Made by a program: the position numbers and the translations under genes. From NCBI GenBank assembly GCA_046483495.1, contig JAWODC010000092.1:96001-160000 (forward strand): a DNA stretch of 64,000 nt. The letters are read 5' to 3'. Source of the stretch: Desulfobacterales bacterium (GTDB lineage Bacteria; Desulfobacterota; Desulfobacteria; Desulfobacterales; UBA5616). Under the pieces are notes generated by a model that made no database searches, was not told the DNA's origin, and worked only from the letters and a program-made list of their open reading frames with translations. This document shows, piece after piece, positions 1 to 11,357 of the stretch; within the stretch, counting starts at the first letter, position 1, and the number at the start of each line of letters is the position of its first letter.

Positions 1-592
1 CATCGGTTATCTTCTTTTTTTCATCACCGGACACGTCAAAAGCACTGTAAACGACAGCCGGTCCGGCCCCGTTGTTTCCACTTTTGCGAAGCCGATTTTT
101 CTCCTCGATCGCCAGTTCTTTGATTTTCTGAACAAATATGTTTACCATTCGGCGCTCGAGATCTTCCTGCGCCAATTCGCGCATCAGGCGTTCGGAGAGA
201 GCGAGAACCTGTCGAACGGAAACCCGCCGCAGGTCGTTCATGAAGGCCTTTTTGTCCCGCTCGATTGATCGGCGCCATGCGTTCTGACGCGCGTCCCGAT
301 CACGTTTTGCGGCATGAAGAAGCTCCTCTTTGCGCCGGGCTGCATCTTCCTCCGCTCTTTTGAGAATTCCGGCCCGCTGCTGTTCGATTTCTTCTTGACG
401 CCTGCGGAAACTTTCCGCCTCTTGCCGGCTTTCTTCTTTCTGCTCATCGGCTGCTTTGAGCCGGTCCTTGATGCGCTGTTCGCGTTCGTTCATGGCACGA
501 ATAATGCGGTCGTAAAGGAAGTGTTTCAACAGGGCGACCAGAATTAAAAAATTCAGCACTTGTGCCAATACGGTAAACCAGTCCGTCAGCAT
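1..592 (-). CDS. atpF: N-type ATP synthase F0 subunit b (runs off window edge)
   Basis: Manual translation from ATG at 592: MLTDWFTVLAQVLNFLILVALLKHFLYDRIIRAMNERE, then coiled coil; open to base 1; follows atpE. Confidence 0.92.
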   Translation of the reverse strand, partial: MLTDWFTVLAQVLNFLILVALLKHFLYDRIIRAMNEREQRIKDRLKAADEQKEESRQEAESFRRRQEEIEQQRAGILKRAEEDAARRKEELLHAAKRDRDARQNAWRRSIERDKKAFMNDLRRVSVRQVLALSERLMRELAQEDLERRMVNIFVQKIKELAIEEKNRLRKSGNNGAGPAVVYSAFDVSGDEKKKITD

Positions 593-596
593 GCCG

Positions 597-875
597 CTAT
601 CCTCCTGCCCGGGAGACCACGTAATCCCAGAACGGATTTGCAAACAGCAGGATCATTGAAACGACGAAACAGTAAATGGCGGTGGATTCGATCATGGCAA
701 GTCCGACGAACAAAATGCGGGTGATGCTGTTCGTTTCATCCGGCTGCTGAGCCATGGATGCAAGCGCCTGGGCGACGGCCCGGCCCTCCCCCAGCGCGGG
801 GCCGATGGCTCCTATGCCGATCGTTATTCCGGCGGTAAAAATCGATACCATGCCGATAAATGAAATGCTTTCCAT
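597..875 (-). CDS. atpE: N-type ATP synthase subunit c with Na+-type ligand pattern
   Basis: GIGAIGPALGEG ... QQPD ... MIESTAIY; TGATG overlap with atpB. Confidence 0.96.
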   Translation of the reverse strand: MESISFIGMVSIFTAGITIGIGAIGPALGEGRAVAQALASMAQQPDETNSITRILFVGLAMIESTAIYCFVVSMILLFANPFWDYVVSRAGG

Positions 876-1591
876 CAGCGATCTCCTTTCTGTTCTTCGA
901 AATTTTCATGGTGGACCCTCGTCCCCGATGCGATGTAGACCATAGCCAAAATCGCGAAAATATATGCCTGTATGACCCCGGTGATCAGTCCGAGAAGCTG
1001 CATCAAGACGGGAAACACCAACGGAGAAATCGCCAGAAGGATGGCGGCTATTTTCGTTCCGCTCATGATGTTTCCAAATAAGCGCACGGCTAAAGCGAGT
1101 GTCCGTGACAATTCTCCCATGATGTTGAAGGGCAGCATAAAAACGGTGGGTCGAATGTATTGTTTCAGATAGTCGATAAAACCCCTGCTCTTTACCCCGT
1201 AGATCGGAACGGCCAGAAACACGCAGACGGCCAGTGCCCCTGTGGTGGAAAGAGAAGCGGTCGTGGGGACAAACCCGGGGATAACGGTCAGCAGGTTGGA
1301 TATCAGGATGAAAAGGAACAGCGTGGCGATAAAACCCATGTATTTGTCCGGATCATCCTGGCTCGTTTCCCGAATTTCGTTTCTGATGGCGCTTACCAGC
1401 GCTTCGAGCAGATTCTGCAGGGGCGGTATGTCGACGCCCGAGGACAAACGTCGCGTCACGAGCCATGAAACGCCGACCAAAAACGCCATGACGATCCAGG
1501 CATACACGATCGTTGCGTTGATAACGACAAACCCCTTTTGCCAGAATATGATCTGGTCGGGACTGATTTGCTTCAACCCCATGAGTTCCAT
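875..1591 (-). CDS. atpB: ATP synthase F0 subunit a
   Basis: SRTLALAVRLFGNI and IQAYIF motifs. Confidence 0.97.
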   Translation of the reverse strand: MELMGLKQISPDQIIFWQKGFVVINATIVYAWIVMAFLVGVSWLVTRRLSSGVDIPPLQNLLEALVSAIRNEIRETSQDDPDKYMGFIATLFLFILISNLLTVIPGFVPTTASLSTTGALAVCVFLAVPIYGVKSRGFIDYLKQYIRPTVFMLPFNIMGELSRTLALAVRLFGNIMSGTKIAAILLAISPLVFPVLMQLLGLITGVIQAYIFAILAMVYIASGTRVHHENFEEQKGDR

Positions 1592-1620
1592 AACCGTTTC
1601 TCCCGATTCGTCGATTCGGT

Positions 1621-1905
1621 TTAGGGCGGATTATCCGGTGCCGATTTCCCGGTTTTCGAAACCATCTTTATCATCAGTATTCTCGCCGAAAAGAAACCGG
1701 CGAGTATCCAGAACAGCCGGTTTATTCGACCGTCGAAAATCACGTACACGGCCGCCAGAAATACCGCCAGCCTGAAAAAGAAGCTGGAAATGGAAAAAAA
1801 AACCGCTCGTTTGCTGCCGACCATGCGGCACACGGTCCAATACAGGCCGCCATAGTAAAACAGGCCGATACAAATTCCCCATGTGAATACCAGCAGTTCA
1901 GTCAT
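1621..1905 (-). CDS. atpR: N-ATPase accessory membrane subunit AtpR
   Basis: MTELLVFTWGICIGLFYYGGLYWTV (GLxYxGGLWWTV-like); ATG overlaps the antiporter stop (ATGACTGA). Confidence 0.85.
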   Translation of the reverse strand: MTELLVFTWGICIGLFYYGGLYWTVCRMVGSKRAVFFSISSFFFRLAVFLAAVYVIFDGRINRLFWILAGFFSARILMIKMVSKTGKSAPDNPP

Positions 1906-3130
1906 TTTCCGTTTTGTATCCGGATTTTTCGATTGTGAATTGAACGCCGAACGGACTGATGAGGCATGTTCCGACGGCAACAAAAACCATTGCGTTGAAC
2001 AGTGCCGATGGTACGGCCCAATTCCCCATGCTAAGGCCGGTCTGCATGATGACCATGGTGATTTCCGCCCTGGGAACCATGCTGATGCCGATGAGCGCCG
2101 CACTGACCGAGCCATACATGAAATAAACGGGAAAGCCGTTTGCCGCGAATTTTCCGATTACCGCCGCTGCCAACAATACACCGCCCAATTTCAATCCGGA
2201 GACCATCGTTGCCGGATCTATATCGAGTCCTACGCCGAGGAGAAAAAACGGACTGAAGAATTCATATATGGGAATGAAGGAGGACTCCATCTTAATGCAA
2301 TCCGGATCACGGCTGAATAACAGACCCGCAAAGAATGCCCCGATAGCCAGGGACAGTCCTAAAAGAGCGGCCAGGGCGGCAATTACGAATCCAAAGGAAA
2401 TCACGATGATCATCGCATCCGGCGGCGGTTCATCAAGGTTTTTGAAATAGTTCATCATGCGCTCTTCGACGAAGTGGGCGAAAAGAAAACAAAGAGCGGC
2501 AAATCCAATGAATTTTAAACAGACGACCGCAAGCTGAATAGGGATAAGACGGACAAGGGAGGCGTTTTCGCCGGCATGCAGCACAGGGGCGACTGAAAAC
2601 AGCAGGGCCATGATGAAAATCGCCGAGATGTCATCCATTTCCGCAACATCGATCAACAGTTTTCCATCCGTGGAGTCAAGGATGTTCATTTCTTCCCAAA
2701 TTTTGACGGAAACTCCCACACTCGTGGCCGTAAAAGCTGCTGTGATGAACAGGCTCGGTATGAGGTGGATGCCCAAGGCGTAATATGCGGTGATAAAACC
2801 GACTGCACCGCTGATGACCATATTCGCCGACCAAACCACGCTTGCCCGTCGGACTTGGGCAAGAAGGCTTTTGAGATTACTTTCCAGACCGACCCTGAAC
2901 AGGATCGTGATCAGCCCGAGTTCGCCGAAAAACGAAAATATGTCAAAGGCTTCTTCCGGTATAGGGCCTTCTGTTCCGTTTGCCCAGCGAATGAAAATGC
3001 CGGTGGCAAGGAATCCGACGAGGGCCGGTATCCTGATGCGGGTCAGGATGGATTTGACGAACATAATCCAGATCAGAATTCCGCCAAGTGCGATAATAAC
3101 CTGCACGATGTGGTGATTCGAATCAGTCAC
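1898..3130 (-). CDS. CPA2-family cation/H+ antiporter (NapA-like)
   Basis: Polytopic membrane protein with LFRVGLES, ATSVGV, AEMDD, IGKF and SMVPRAE motifs; GTG start overlaps atpQ stop. Confidence 0.92.
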   Translation of the reverse strand: MTDSNHHIVQVIIALGGILIWIMFVKSILTRIRIPALVGFLATGIFIRWANGTEGPIPEEAFDIFSFFGELGLITILFRVGLESNLKSLLAQVRRASVVWSANMVISGAVGFITAYYALGIHLIPSLFITAAFTATSVGVSVKIWEEMNILDSTDGKLLIDVAEMDDISAIFIMALLFSVAPVLHAGENASLVRLIPIQLAVVCLKFIGFAALCFLFAHFVEERMMNYFKNLDEPPPDAMIIVISFGFVIAALAALLGLSLAIGAFFAGLLFSRDPDCIKMESSFIPIYEFFSPFFLLGVGLDIDPATMVSGLKLGGVLLAAAVIGKFAANGFPVYFMYGSVSAALIGISMVPRAEITMVIMQTGLSMGNWAVPSALFNAMVFVAVGTCLISPFGVQFTIEKSGYKTEND

Positions 3131-3410
3131 TTTTTCCTTCCCGCTGGACCCAAAACCAGGCGTTTAAACACCCGAGCAGTAAACCGACGACAAGCCCCGT
3201 TAGTGTCCACGAATACCGCGACGGCCATGTTTTGTCGATCCATACGCCCAGAGCGATCCCTAAAAGAGTGGGAACGGCCACCGACCATCCCACCAGGCCG
3301 AACATTCCCAGGCTGAACCAGATATTTCGGTCGCTTTCTTTTTTGGCGCGGATCTTGCGCCGTTCCTTTTTCCCAATCTCCTCGGGAAATTTCTTGTTTG
3401 AGCGGTTCAT
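3123..3410 (-). CDS. atpQ: N-ATPase AtpQ (AtpZ/AtpI-family) protein
   Basis: LGMFGLVGWSVAVPTLLGIALGVWID ... GCLNAWFWV signature. Confidence 0.9.
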   Translation of the reverse strand: MNRSNKKFPEEIGKKERRKIRAKKESDRNIWFSLGMFGLVGWSVAVPTLLGIALGVWIDKTWPSRYSWTLTGLVVGLLLGCLNAWFWVQREGKSD

Positions 3411-3416
3411 AAATGT

Positions 3417-5203
<1,787 letters not shown>

Positions 5204-7600
5204 TTAGCCGCTCTTTCGCTTCTTGCGTTCCGCTTTTGCTACATGGTTGATTACATCGATGACACTGTCGGGGTTAAGGGAAATGGAATCGATACCCTCT
5301 TCGACCAAAAATTCTGCGAACTCCGGATGATCGCTGGGCGCCTGGCCGCAGATGCCCACCTTTCGTTTCTTTTTGTGGGCGGTTTTTATCAGCCGTGCGA
5401 TTTCACGCTTCACCGCCTCATTCTGTTCATCAAACAGGTGGGCCAGTTCGGATGAATCCCGGTCAACACCTAAAACCAACTGCGTCAGATCGTTCGAACC
5501 GATCGAAAACCCATCGAACAGGTCGCTGAACCGGTCGGCTAAAATGATATTTGAAGGGATTTCACTCATCATATACACTTCCAGACCGTTCTTTCCCCGT
5601 TTCAGGCCGTTTTCCGCAAGCACCTCGAGAACGCGTTCAGCCTCATCGATCGTTCTGCAGAATGGAATCATAATTAAGGTATTGGTAAGCCCTATTGCTT
5701 CCCGGACCCGGCGAATGGCTTTGCATTCGAGGGAAAATCCGCCGCGATAGCGATCGCTGTAATAGCGGGAAGCACCGCGAAACCCGATCATGGGGTTGCT
5801 CTCTTGCGGTTCGAATGCTTTTCCACCGATGAGGTTGGCATATTCATTGGTTTTGAAGTCGCTCATGCGGACGATAACCGGCTCGGGATGTTGGGAGGCG
5901 GCGATGCGTGCAATGCCCTGGGCCAGAAGATCGATGAAGTACTCTGATTTGTCATCGAATCCGCTCGTCAGTTCATCGATTTTCCGTTTATCATCGCCGG
6001 ACTTCAAATCGTGATAATGGATCAGGGCCATCGGGTGGATTTGAATGATATTGTTGATGATGAATTCCATGCGGGCGAGTCCGATGCCTTTGGCCGGCAG
6101 GGACCACCAGCTGAAAGCGGCTGCCGGGCTGGCGATATTCATCATGATGCGTGTTCGGGTTTCCGGCAGATCTTCCAGTTTGATTTCCTTTTCCTCGAAA
6201 TCGAGGATTCCTTTGTAAATGTAGCCCTCATCTCCCTGGGCACAGCTTAACGTGATTTTATCGCCGTTCGCAATCTTCTCCGTTGCATTTCCGCAACCCA
6301 CCACCGCGGGTATGCCCAACTCCCGGCTGACAATAGCCGCATGACACGTTCGGCCGCCGTGGTCCGTGATGATGCCGATGGATTTTTTCATAATGGGGAC
6401 CCAATCCGGATCCGTCATCTCCGTGACAAGAATGGCCCCCTCTTTAAACCGGCTGATGTGATCGGCGCTTTTGATCAGGCACGCTTCCCCCGCGGCTATG
6501 GCATTGCCGATGCTCAGGCCTTTGACGATCACGGTGCCCGATTCCTTCAGAGAATAGGTGTTTAGAACGCCGGCTTTCTTCCGGGACTGAACCGTTTCAG
6601 GCCGGGCCTGGACAATATACAGCTTGCCGGATTCGCCGTCCCCCGCCCACTCGATATCCATCGGTTTGCCGTAATGCTCTTCGATTTTGACGGCCCATCG
6701 GGCCAGGGTCAGCATGTCCTTTTCATTCAATACAAATGCCCGGCGCTCTTTTTTTGGCGTATCGATATTCTTGGTCGCTTTACTGCCGCCTTTTGCATAA
6801 ATCAGCTTTTTTTCTTTTTCCCCAAGGTTTTTATGGATAATCGGGACCAGCTTTTCATTGGTGAGCAGCGGCTTGAAAACGGTATATTCATCCGGATTGA
6901 CCGTCCCCTGAACGACATTTTCTCCGAGCCCCCAGGCGGCATTGATCACCACGACATCGGGGAAACCGGTTTCCGTGTCCAGGGTAAACATCACGCCGGA
7001 TCCCCATAAATCGGACCGAACCATTTTTTGAACGCCGACGGAGAGAGCGATCTCCTTGGTGTCGAAACCTTTTTCTATTCGATAGCTGATCGCCCGGTCC
7101 GTAAAGAGGGATGCATAGCATTTCCGGCAGGCGTCCAGGAGCTCTTTGTCACCCGTCACATTCAGAAACGTTTCCTGCTGACCGGCAAAACTGGCTTCCG
7201 GAAGGTCTTCGGCCGTAGCGCTGCTGCGCACGGCTACATCTACGTCTTTTTTATTATACTGATCGCAAAGGTCATGATAGGCGGACGTGATTTCAGATGC
7301 GATATCCTCCGGCCACTCGGCGCGATTGAACAGTTTGCGGACCTCACGGCCCGTACTTTCCAGGGATTTACGCTTTTCGCGGTAATCGGCAAGCAAATCG
7401 TCAATTTTCTGCTTTATGCCGTTTTCTTCGATAAACCGCTGATAGGCGTCGGCTGTGGTGGCGAATCCGTCCGGCACGAGAATATTTTCTTCCTTCAGCG
7501 ATTGAATCATTTCTCCTAACGACGCATTTTTCCCCCCCACCCGGGGTGTAGCATTTGCATCGATTTCCTCCAGCCGGAGAACGTATGTGCTTTCAGTCAT
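5204..7600 (-). CDS. ppsA: Phosphoenolpyruvate synthase
   Basis: VGGKNASLGEM, VRSSATAED, GGRTCHAAIVSRE (phospho-His), FSIGSNDLTQ; start chosen by GGAG RBS. Confidence 0.97.
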   Translation of the reverse strand: MTESTYVLRLEEIDANATPRVGGKNASLGEMIQSLKEENILVPDGFATTADAYQRFIEENGIKQKIDDLLADYREKRKSLESTGREVRKLFNRAEWPEDIASEITSAYHDLCDQYNKKDVDVAVRSSATAEDLPEASFAGQQETFLNVTGDKELLDACRKCYASLFTDRAISYRIEKGFDTKEIALSVGVQKMVRSDLWGSGVMFTLDTETGFPDVVVINAAWGLGENVVQGTVNPDEYTVFKPLLTNEKLVPIIHKNLGEKEKKLIYAKGGSKATKNIDTPKKERRAFVLNEKDMLTLARWAVKIEEHYGKPMDIEWAGDGESGKLYIVQARPETVQSRKKAGVLNTYSLKESGTVIVKGLSIGNAIAAGEACLIKSADHISRFKEGAILVTEMTDPDWVPIMKKSIGIITDHGGRTCHAAIVSRELGIPAVVGCGNATEKIANGDKITLSCAQGDEGYIYKGILDFEEKEIKLEDLPETRTRIMMNIASPAAAFSWWSLPAKGIGLARMEFIINNIIQIHPMALIHYHDLKSGDDKRKIDELTSGFDDKSEYFIDLLAQGIARIAASQHPEPVIVRMSDFKTNEYANLIGGKAFEPQESNPMIGFRGASRYYSDRYRGGFSLECKAIRRVREAIGLTNTLIMIPFCRTIDEAERVLEVLAENGLKRGKNGLEVYMMSEIPSNIILADRFSDLFDGFSIGSNDLTQLVLGVDRDSSELAHLFDEQNEAVKREIARLIKTAHKKKRKVGICGQAPSDHPEFAEFLVEEGIDSISLNPDSVIDVINHVAKAERKKRKSG

Positions 7601-7680
7601 GTTTTTCTCCATTTTTTTAAAAGGATAATTCCGTTTGCCGCGGATTCTGTTCCCATCGAGGCTTCCGGTTCTTCACCGGT

Positions 7681-9018
7681 TTATCGTTGTTTATTTTCGG
7701 AATCCGATGTCCGGGGTTCGGCATCGGTGGGGTATCGCAACCACTCGAACGTGCGGGGATCGAGTTTATCCACATGCGGCTGATAAATGGGAGGCTCGTA
7801 AACATCCACAACATCGAGTGCATTGTTCACCGCTGTAACCCCCTTGGTTCGTGAGGCGATATCATCGGCCTGCATTTTTTCAACATAGGTCTGAACTTTG
7901 CCGGTGAGTTCGGCAATGCCGTTTTCCACATCGACGGTAATATCGAAAAGATCGATGCGGGGATCTCTCAGGAAGGCGTCTCTGAGACGCTGTTCTATCT
8001 CATTATCGTTTTGCCCGGCTTGCGGGTTGACCCGGATCGTGTTTTTCACGAACAGAACGCCGGCCGTGTGTGCTGCATTCTGCTGAGCTGCGCGTTTTGC
8101 TTTTAAATGATCGACTTCCCCGTCGAGAGTGACAAATCCTTCCGTGACGGTCACTCCGATATCGAATGGAGACACCCTGGGATCCTGGGCAAGTGCGGTT
8201 CGAAGGGCATTCGTTATTTCCGTATCCGTTCTTTTAGTGATTTTTTTTTCCTTGAGATCGGGATCGCCCACCCGCGGACGAACGAAAAGACCGGAGTGAT
8301 CGACGGAATGGACACCGAGAACATAGGCATTCAGAACGGCTTGTTCCTTTTCCGCTAAACTGCCGACAATTCCGGTCAATGCAACATCGCCGTCCGTGAC
8401 ATCGACGGCGATATCGGCGGCATCCACATATACATCATACTGAAGGCGTTTTTCGATGTCGGCGGCAAGTTCCGCGTCCGGTCGATTCCGGTCATAAGCT
8501 ACGGTGATGCGGTTTTCCATGCCGGCCACCCCGTTCACCCCCTTTGCGATACTTTCGATCAGAAGTTTATCCTTATAGGAAGGGGCCGTTCCCTGCAGCG
8601 TAACGGTATGATGATCGACCGTTACGGTGAGTTCGGCTTCGTCGATGGCCGGATCGGCAGTTAAAGCGGCGAGAACATCCGCTTTGATTTCATGATCCTC
8701 TCGAAGTGCTGTTGGAACCACCTCGATTAAGTTGATGACGGACGTGACCCCGCGAACGGTCTTTGCGATATCGGCCGATCGTTCCCTTGCAAGCATGTCG
8801 CTCACGGTACCGGTAAGCGTCACGACACCATCCGTTACGTCAGCCTGGACGGCCCGCTCCGGAATATGCCGGTCTTCGTTGAACTCATCCGCCACGGCAT
8901 CGGCTATAGCCGTGTCTTCCGAATTCAATTCCACCGCCCGTATCGATGAATTGGAGAGAAATACGCACGTTGACACTATGAAAACCATCATCATGCAGCT
9001 GATATGCACCGATTTCAT
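7681..9018 (-). CDS. Exported protein with five BON domains
   Basis: Signal-like N-terminus; five D..I...V..G.VTL.G.V repeats; AAGGAG RBS. Confidence 0.9.
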   Translation of the reverse strand: MKSVHISCMMMVFIVSTCVFLSNSSIRAVELNSEDTAIADAVADEFNEDRHIPERAVQADVTDGVVTLTGTVSDMLARERSADIAKTVRGVTSVINLIEVVPTALREDHEIKADVLAALTADPAIDEAELTVTVDHHTVTLQGTAPSYKDKLLIESIAKGVNGVAGMENRITVAYDRNRPDAELAADIEKRLQYDVYVDAADIAVDVTDGDVALTGIVGSLAEKEQAVLNAYVLGVHSVDHSGLFVRPRVGDPDLKEKKITKRTDTEITNALRTALAQDPRVSPFDIGVTVTEGFVTLDGEVDHLKAKRAAQQNAAHTAGVLFVKNTIRVNPQAGQNDNEIEQRLRDAFLRDPRIDLFDITVDVENGIAELTGKVQTYVEKMQADDIASRTKGVTAVNNALDVVDVYEPPIYQPHVDKLDPRTFEWLRYPTDAEPRTSDSENKQR

Positions 9019-9314
9019 AATTCTCCTTTTTTTTGGAAATGAATTCAACTTTCGGCTTTCATGTCGAAGGGCAGAGCGGTTCAGGCCGTTCGCAGGCGTT
9101 CGATCAGCGTGAGCCGATTAATCCCTGTTGCCGGAGCGCCTGAATATGCCGCATGCAAAAAAGCGAATGATAATGATTCTCTAAATGGGTGCATTTTTGC
9201 CCTGCGCTGCGGATAGAGGGCCTTTTCGGCGCGTTTATGCGCGCCCAAACGGGGTTAATGAACGTCGAAAGTCGACAAATAAATATAATTTATCCTGATT
9301 AGACAGCCGGTTGA

Positions 9315-9332
9315 ATACGGTGAATCCTGTAT
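9315..9332 (-). promoter_or_regulatory. 18-bp dyad box for the BON-ppsA-atp operon
   Basis: ATACGGTGAATCCTGTAT; TAAATT on the minus strand starting at 9292, 22 nt away. Confidence 0.6.
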
Positions 9333-9391
9333 TTGTCCGACAATGATCATCCACGGATACGACATGGATAGGGTTTCCCAAACGGGAAGAA

Positions 9392-9409
9392 ATACGGGTT
9401 ATTCGGTAT
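9392..9409 (+). promoter_or_regulatory. 18-bp dyad box for the phosphoribosyltransferase operon
   Basis: ATACGGGTTATTCGGTAT; TATGAT at 9433, 23 nt away. Confidence 0.5.
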
Positions 9410-9483
9410 TTATTTATCCTCTCCATTCATCATATGATCTGAAAACGCCGGATATACCGAAAATCAACGCCGGAGGTGAAAGA

Positions 9484-10224
9484 ATGGGAAACGTCCACGA
9501 AATCGAAAAATATCATAATGTAGTCCGTATATTCGCCGATCGGGTGCATGCGGGAAAGCTCCTGGGAGAAATGTTGCAGCCGGTGTATGGCGCCGAAGAC
9601 CTGGTCATGGCCATACCCGCCGGGGGAGTGCCGGTAGGAATGACGGTTGCCCGGATGTTGGGGTGCCCGTTTGACATGGTCATTGTCCGCAAGTTGAAAA
9701 TTCCGGGGAACCCCGAAGCCGGTTTCGGCGCCATGACCACTCAGGGCACCCTTTTTCTGAATGAAGCCCTTTTGCAGCAGCTTGATTTGAGACCTGATCA
9801 AATAGGCCGGGAGGCGGAACGGGTAAAGGCGGAACTTGAGGAGCGGGATAGAAGACTCAGGGGGGGCAGGGCGTTTCCCGACATAAAAGGCAAACGAGTA
9901 ATTATCGTTGATGACGGCCTTGCTTCCGGTTATACCATGTTGGCTGCGGTGTACCTGATTAAGAAAAGCATGGCCAGCGAAGTTGTCGTGGCTGTCCCTA
10001 CCGCACCGCTCACAACCATTGAATCGATAGAATCCGGTGTCGATCGGATTTACTGTGTCAATATACGGGAGGTCGGCCATTTCGCCGTTGCGGATGCGTA
10101 TCGGAACTGGCGCGATTTGACGGAAAACGAGATACTCCACATGCTGTCCGTGCAGCAGAAACCGCGAAGTAGCCACCGATCCGCGGCTGAAGAATATAAA
10201 CGGACGGATACGTCTCCACCATAG
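9484..10224 (+). CDS. Phosphoribosyltransferase (Rv0571c/Rv2030c N-domain-like)
   Basis: FADRVHAG, IPAGGVPV and VIIVDDGLASG PRPP loop; GGAGG RBS. Confidence 0.9.
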   Translation: MGNVHEIEKYHNVVRIFADRVHAGKLLGEMLQPVYGAEDLVMAIPAGGVPVGMTVARMLGCPFDMVIVRKLKIPGNPEAGFGAMTTQGTLFLNEALLQQLDLRPDQIGREAERVKAELEERDRRLRGGRAFPDIKGKRVIIVDDGLASGYTMLAAVYLIKKSMASEVVVAVPTAPLTTIESIESGVDRIYCVNIREVGHFAVADAYRNWRDLTENEILHMLSVQQKPRSSHRSAAEEYKRTDTSPP

Positions 10225-10271
10225 TCGCAAACCTCTAAAATCACCATTCTGCAAGAGAGGAGAGGTACAAG

Positions 10272-11039
10272 GTGTTGCGCAGTTTGAAAGAATTATACAA
10301 CTATGTTCTGTCCGCTGAAGACGGAGATATCGGAAGGTGCAAGGATTTTCTGTTTGATGACCGCTTCTGGACGATTCGGTACATGGTTGCGGACACCGCC
10401 AAATGGCTTCCGGGGAAAAAAGTGCTGATATCCCCTATTTCCCTTGCCTCTCCTGACTGGCGAAGCCGGCGATTGCCGGTCAAATTAACCAAGGACCGTA
10501 TCAAGGGGGCGCCGGAGCTGGATGAAGATGCACCCGTGAGTCGACAGCACGAAATTCGATGGACGAAATACTATGGATGGCCTTTTTACTGGCAGGGTCC
10601 GGGGGCTTGGGGGTATGTCGATTACCCGTATTCCATGTACGTGCAGCGGCAGGTCCAGGAAAATGTGCAACACCGAGAAGAAGAAACGGAAAAACACGAG
10701 CGGGATCAGCACCTGCGGTCGGCCAGGGAGGTCACCGGGTATCATATTCAGGCCGTGGACACCGACATCGGCCATGTGGAGGATTTTATACTGGATGATG
10801 AGACATGGACCATCCGATATATGGTGGTTGATACACGCAATTTTCTTCCCGGCCGCAACGTGTTGATCACGCCGGATTGGATAGAATCCGTGGATTGGGC
10901 CTTGAGCGAAGTCAGTGTCGATGTTCCCGCTGAAGCCGTTAAAAACAGTCCGCCCTACGATCCCAAAATTCCTGTCAATCGCGAATATGAAGTCCGGCTG
11001 TATGATTATTACGGCCGGCCTGTCTACTGGCGGGAGTAG
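10272..11039 (+). CDS. Tandem PRC-barrel domain protein
   Basis: Two G.IG...DF.DD..WTIRY.V.DT repeats; HLRS; YYGRPVYW. Confidence 0.9.
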   Translation: MLRSLKELYNYVLSAEDGDIGRCKDFLFDDRFWTIRYMVADTAKWLPGKKVLISPISLASPDWRSRRLPVKLTKDRIKGAPELDEDAPVSRQHEIRWTKYYGWPFYWQGPGAWGYVDYPYSMYVQRQVQENVQHREEETEKHERDQHLRSAREVTGYHIQAVDTDIGHVEDFILDDETWTIRYMVVDTRNFLPGRNVLITPDWIESVDWALSEVSVDVPAEAVKNSPPYDPKIPVNREYEVRLYDYYGRPVYWRE

Positions 11040-11212
11040 GCATGGGTCAGGGTCGGTGCTGCCGTTTCAACCGCCAGTGCCGATGGGGTTGTTCGGCTTT
11101 GATTCGCTTCACTATCGTTTCGGTAAGATCTCGAAACGGAATAGGCGACCAAGGCCATGGCCAAAATAAAAAGAAGGCCCAGTAAAAGATATAACAGCTT
11201 CCTTTTTGTCAT
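11024..11212 (-). CDS. Small single-TM hypothetical protein
   Basis: MTKRK followed by a hydrophobic helix; AAGGGG RBS; 16-bp convergent overlap. Confidence 0.45.
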   Translation of the reverse strand: MTKRKLLYLLLGLLFILAMALVAYSVSRSYRNDSEANQSRTTPSALAVETAAPTLTHAYSRQ

Positions 11213-11315
11213 AAAACCCCCTTAAACCGCCCTTCCTACGGGCTTTTTATTAACGTTTATAAAAAACGGTTACGCTGAATGGTCCCCTGACATGACGTCA
11301 AGGCCATTGATCGGC

Positions 11316-11341
11316 CCGATCCGCCTTTTACGGCGGATCGG
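11316..11341 (-). terminator. Hairpin downstream of degP
   Basis: CCGATCCGCC-TTTTAC-GGCGGATCGG perfect 10-bp stem 17 nt after the stop. Confidence 0.6.
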
Positions 11342-11357
11342 ACTTCGCGGAAAACGC

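Noticed and set aside
36..547. Short ORFs suggesting a frameshifted atpF
   Set aside because: Manual translation from 592 is open to base 1; the gene is only cut by the window edge
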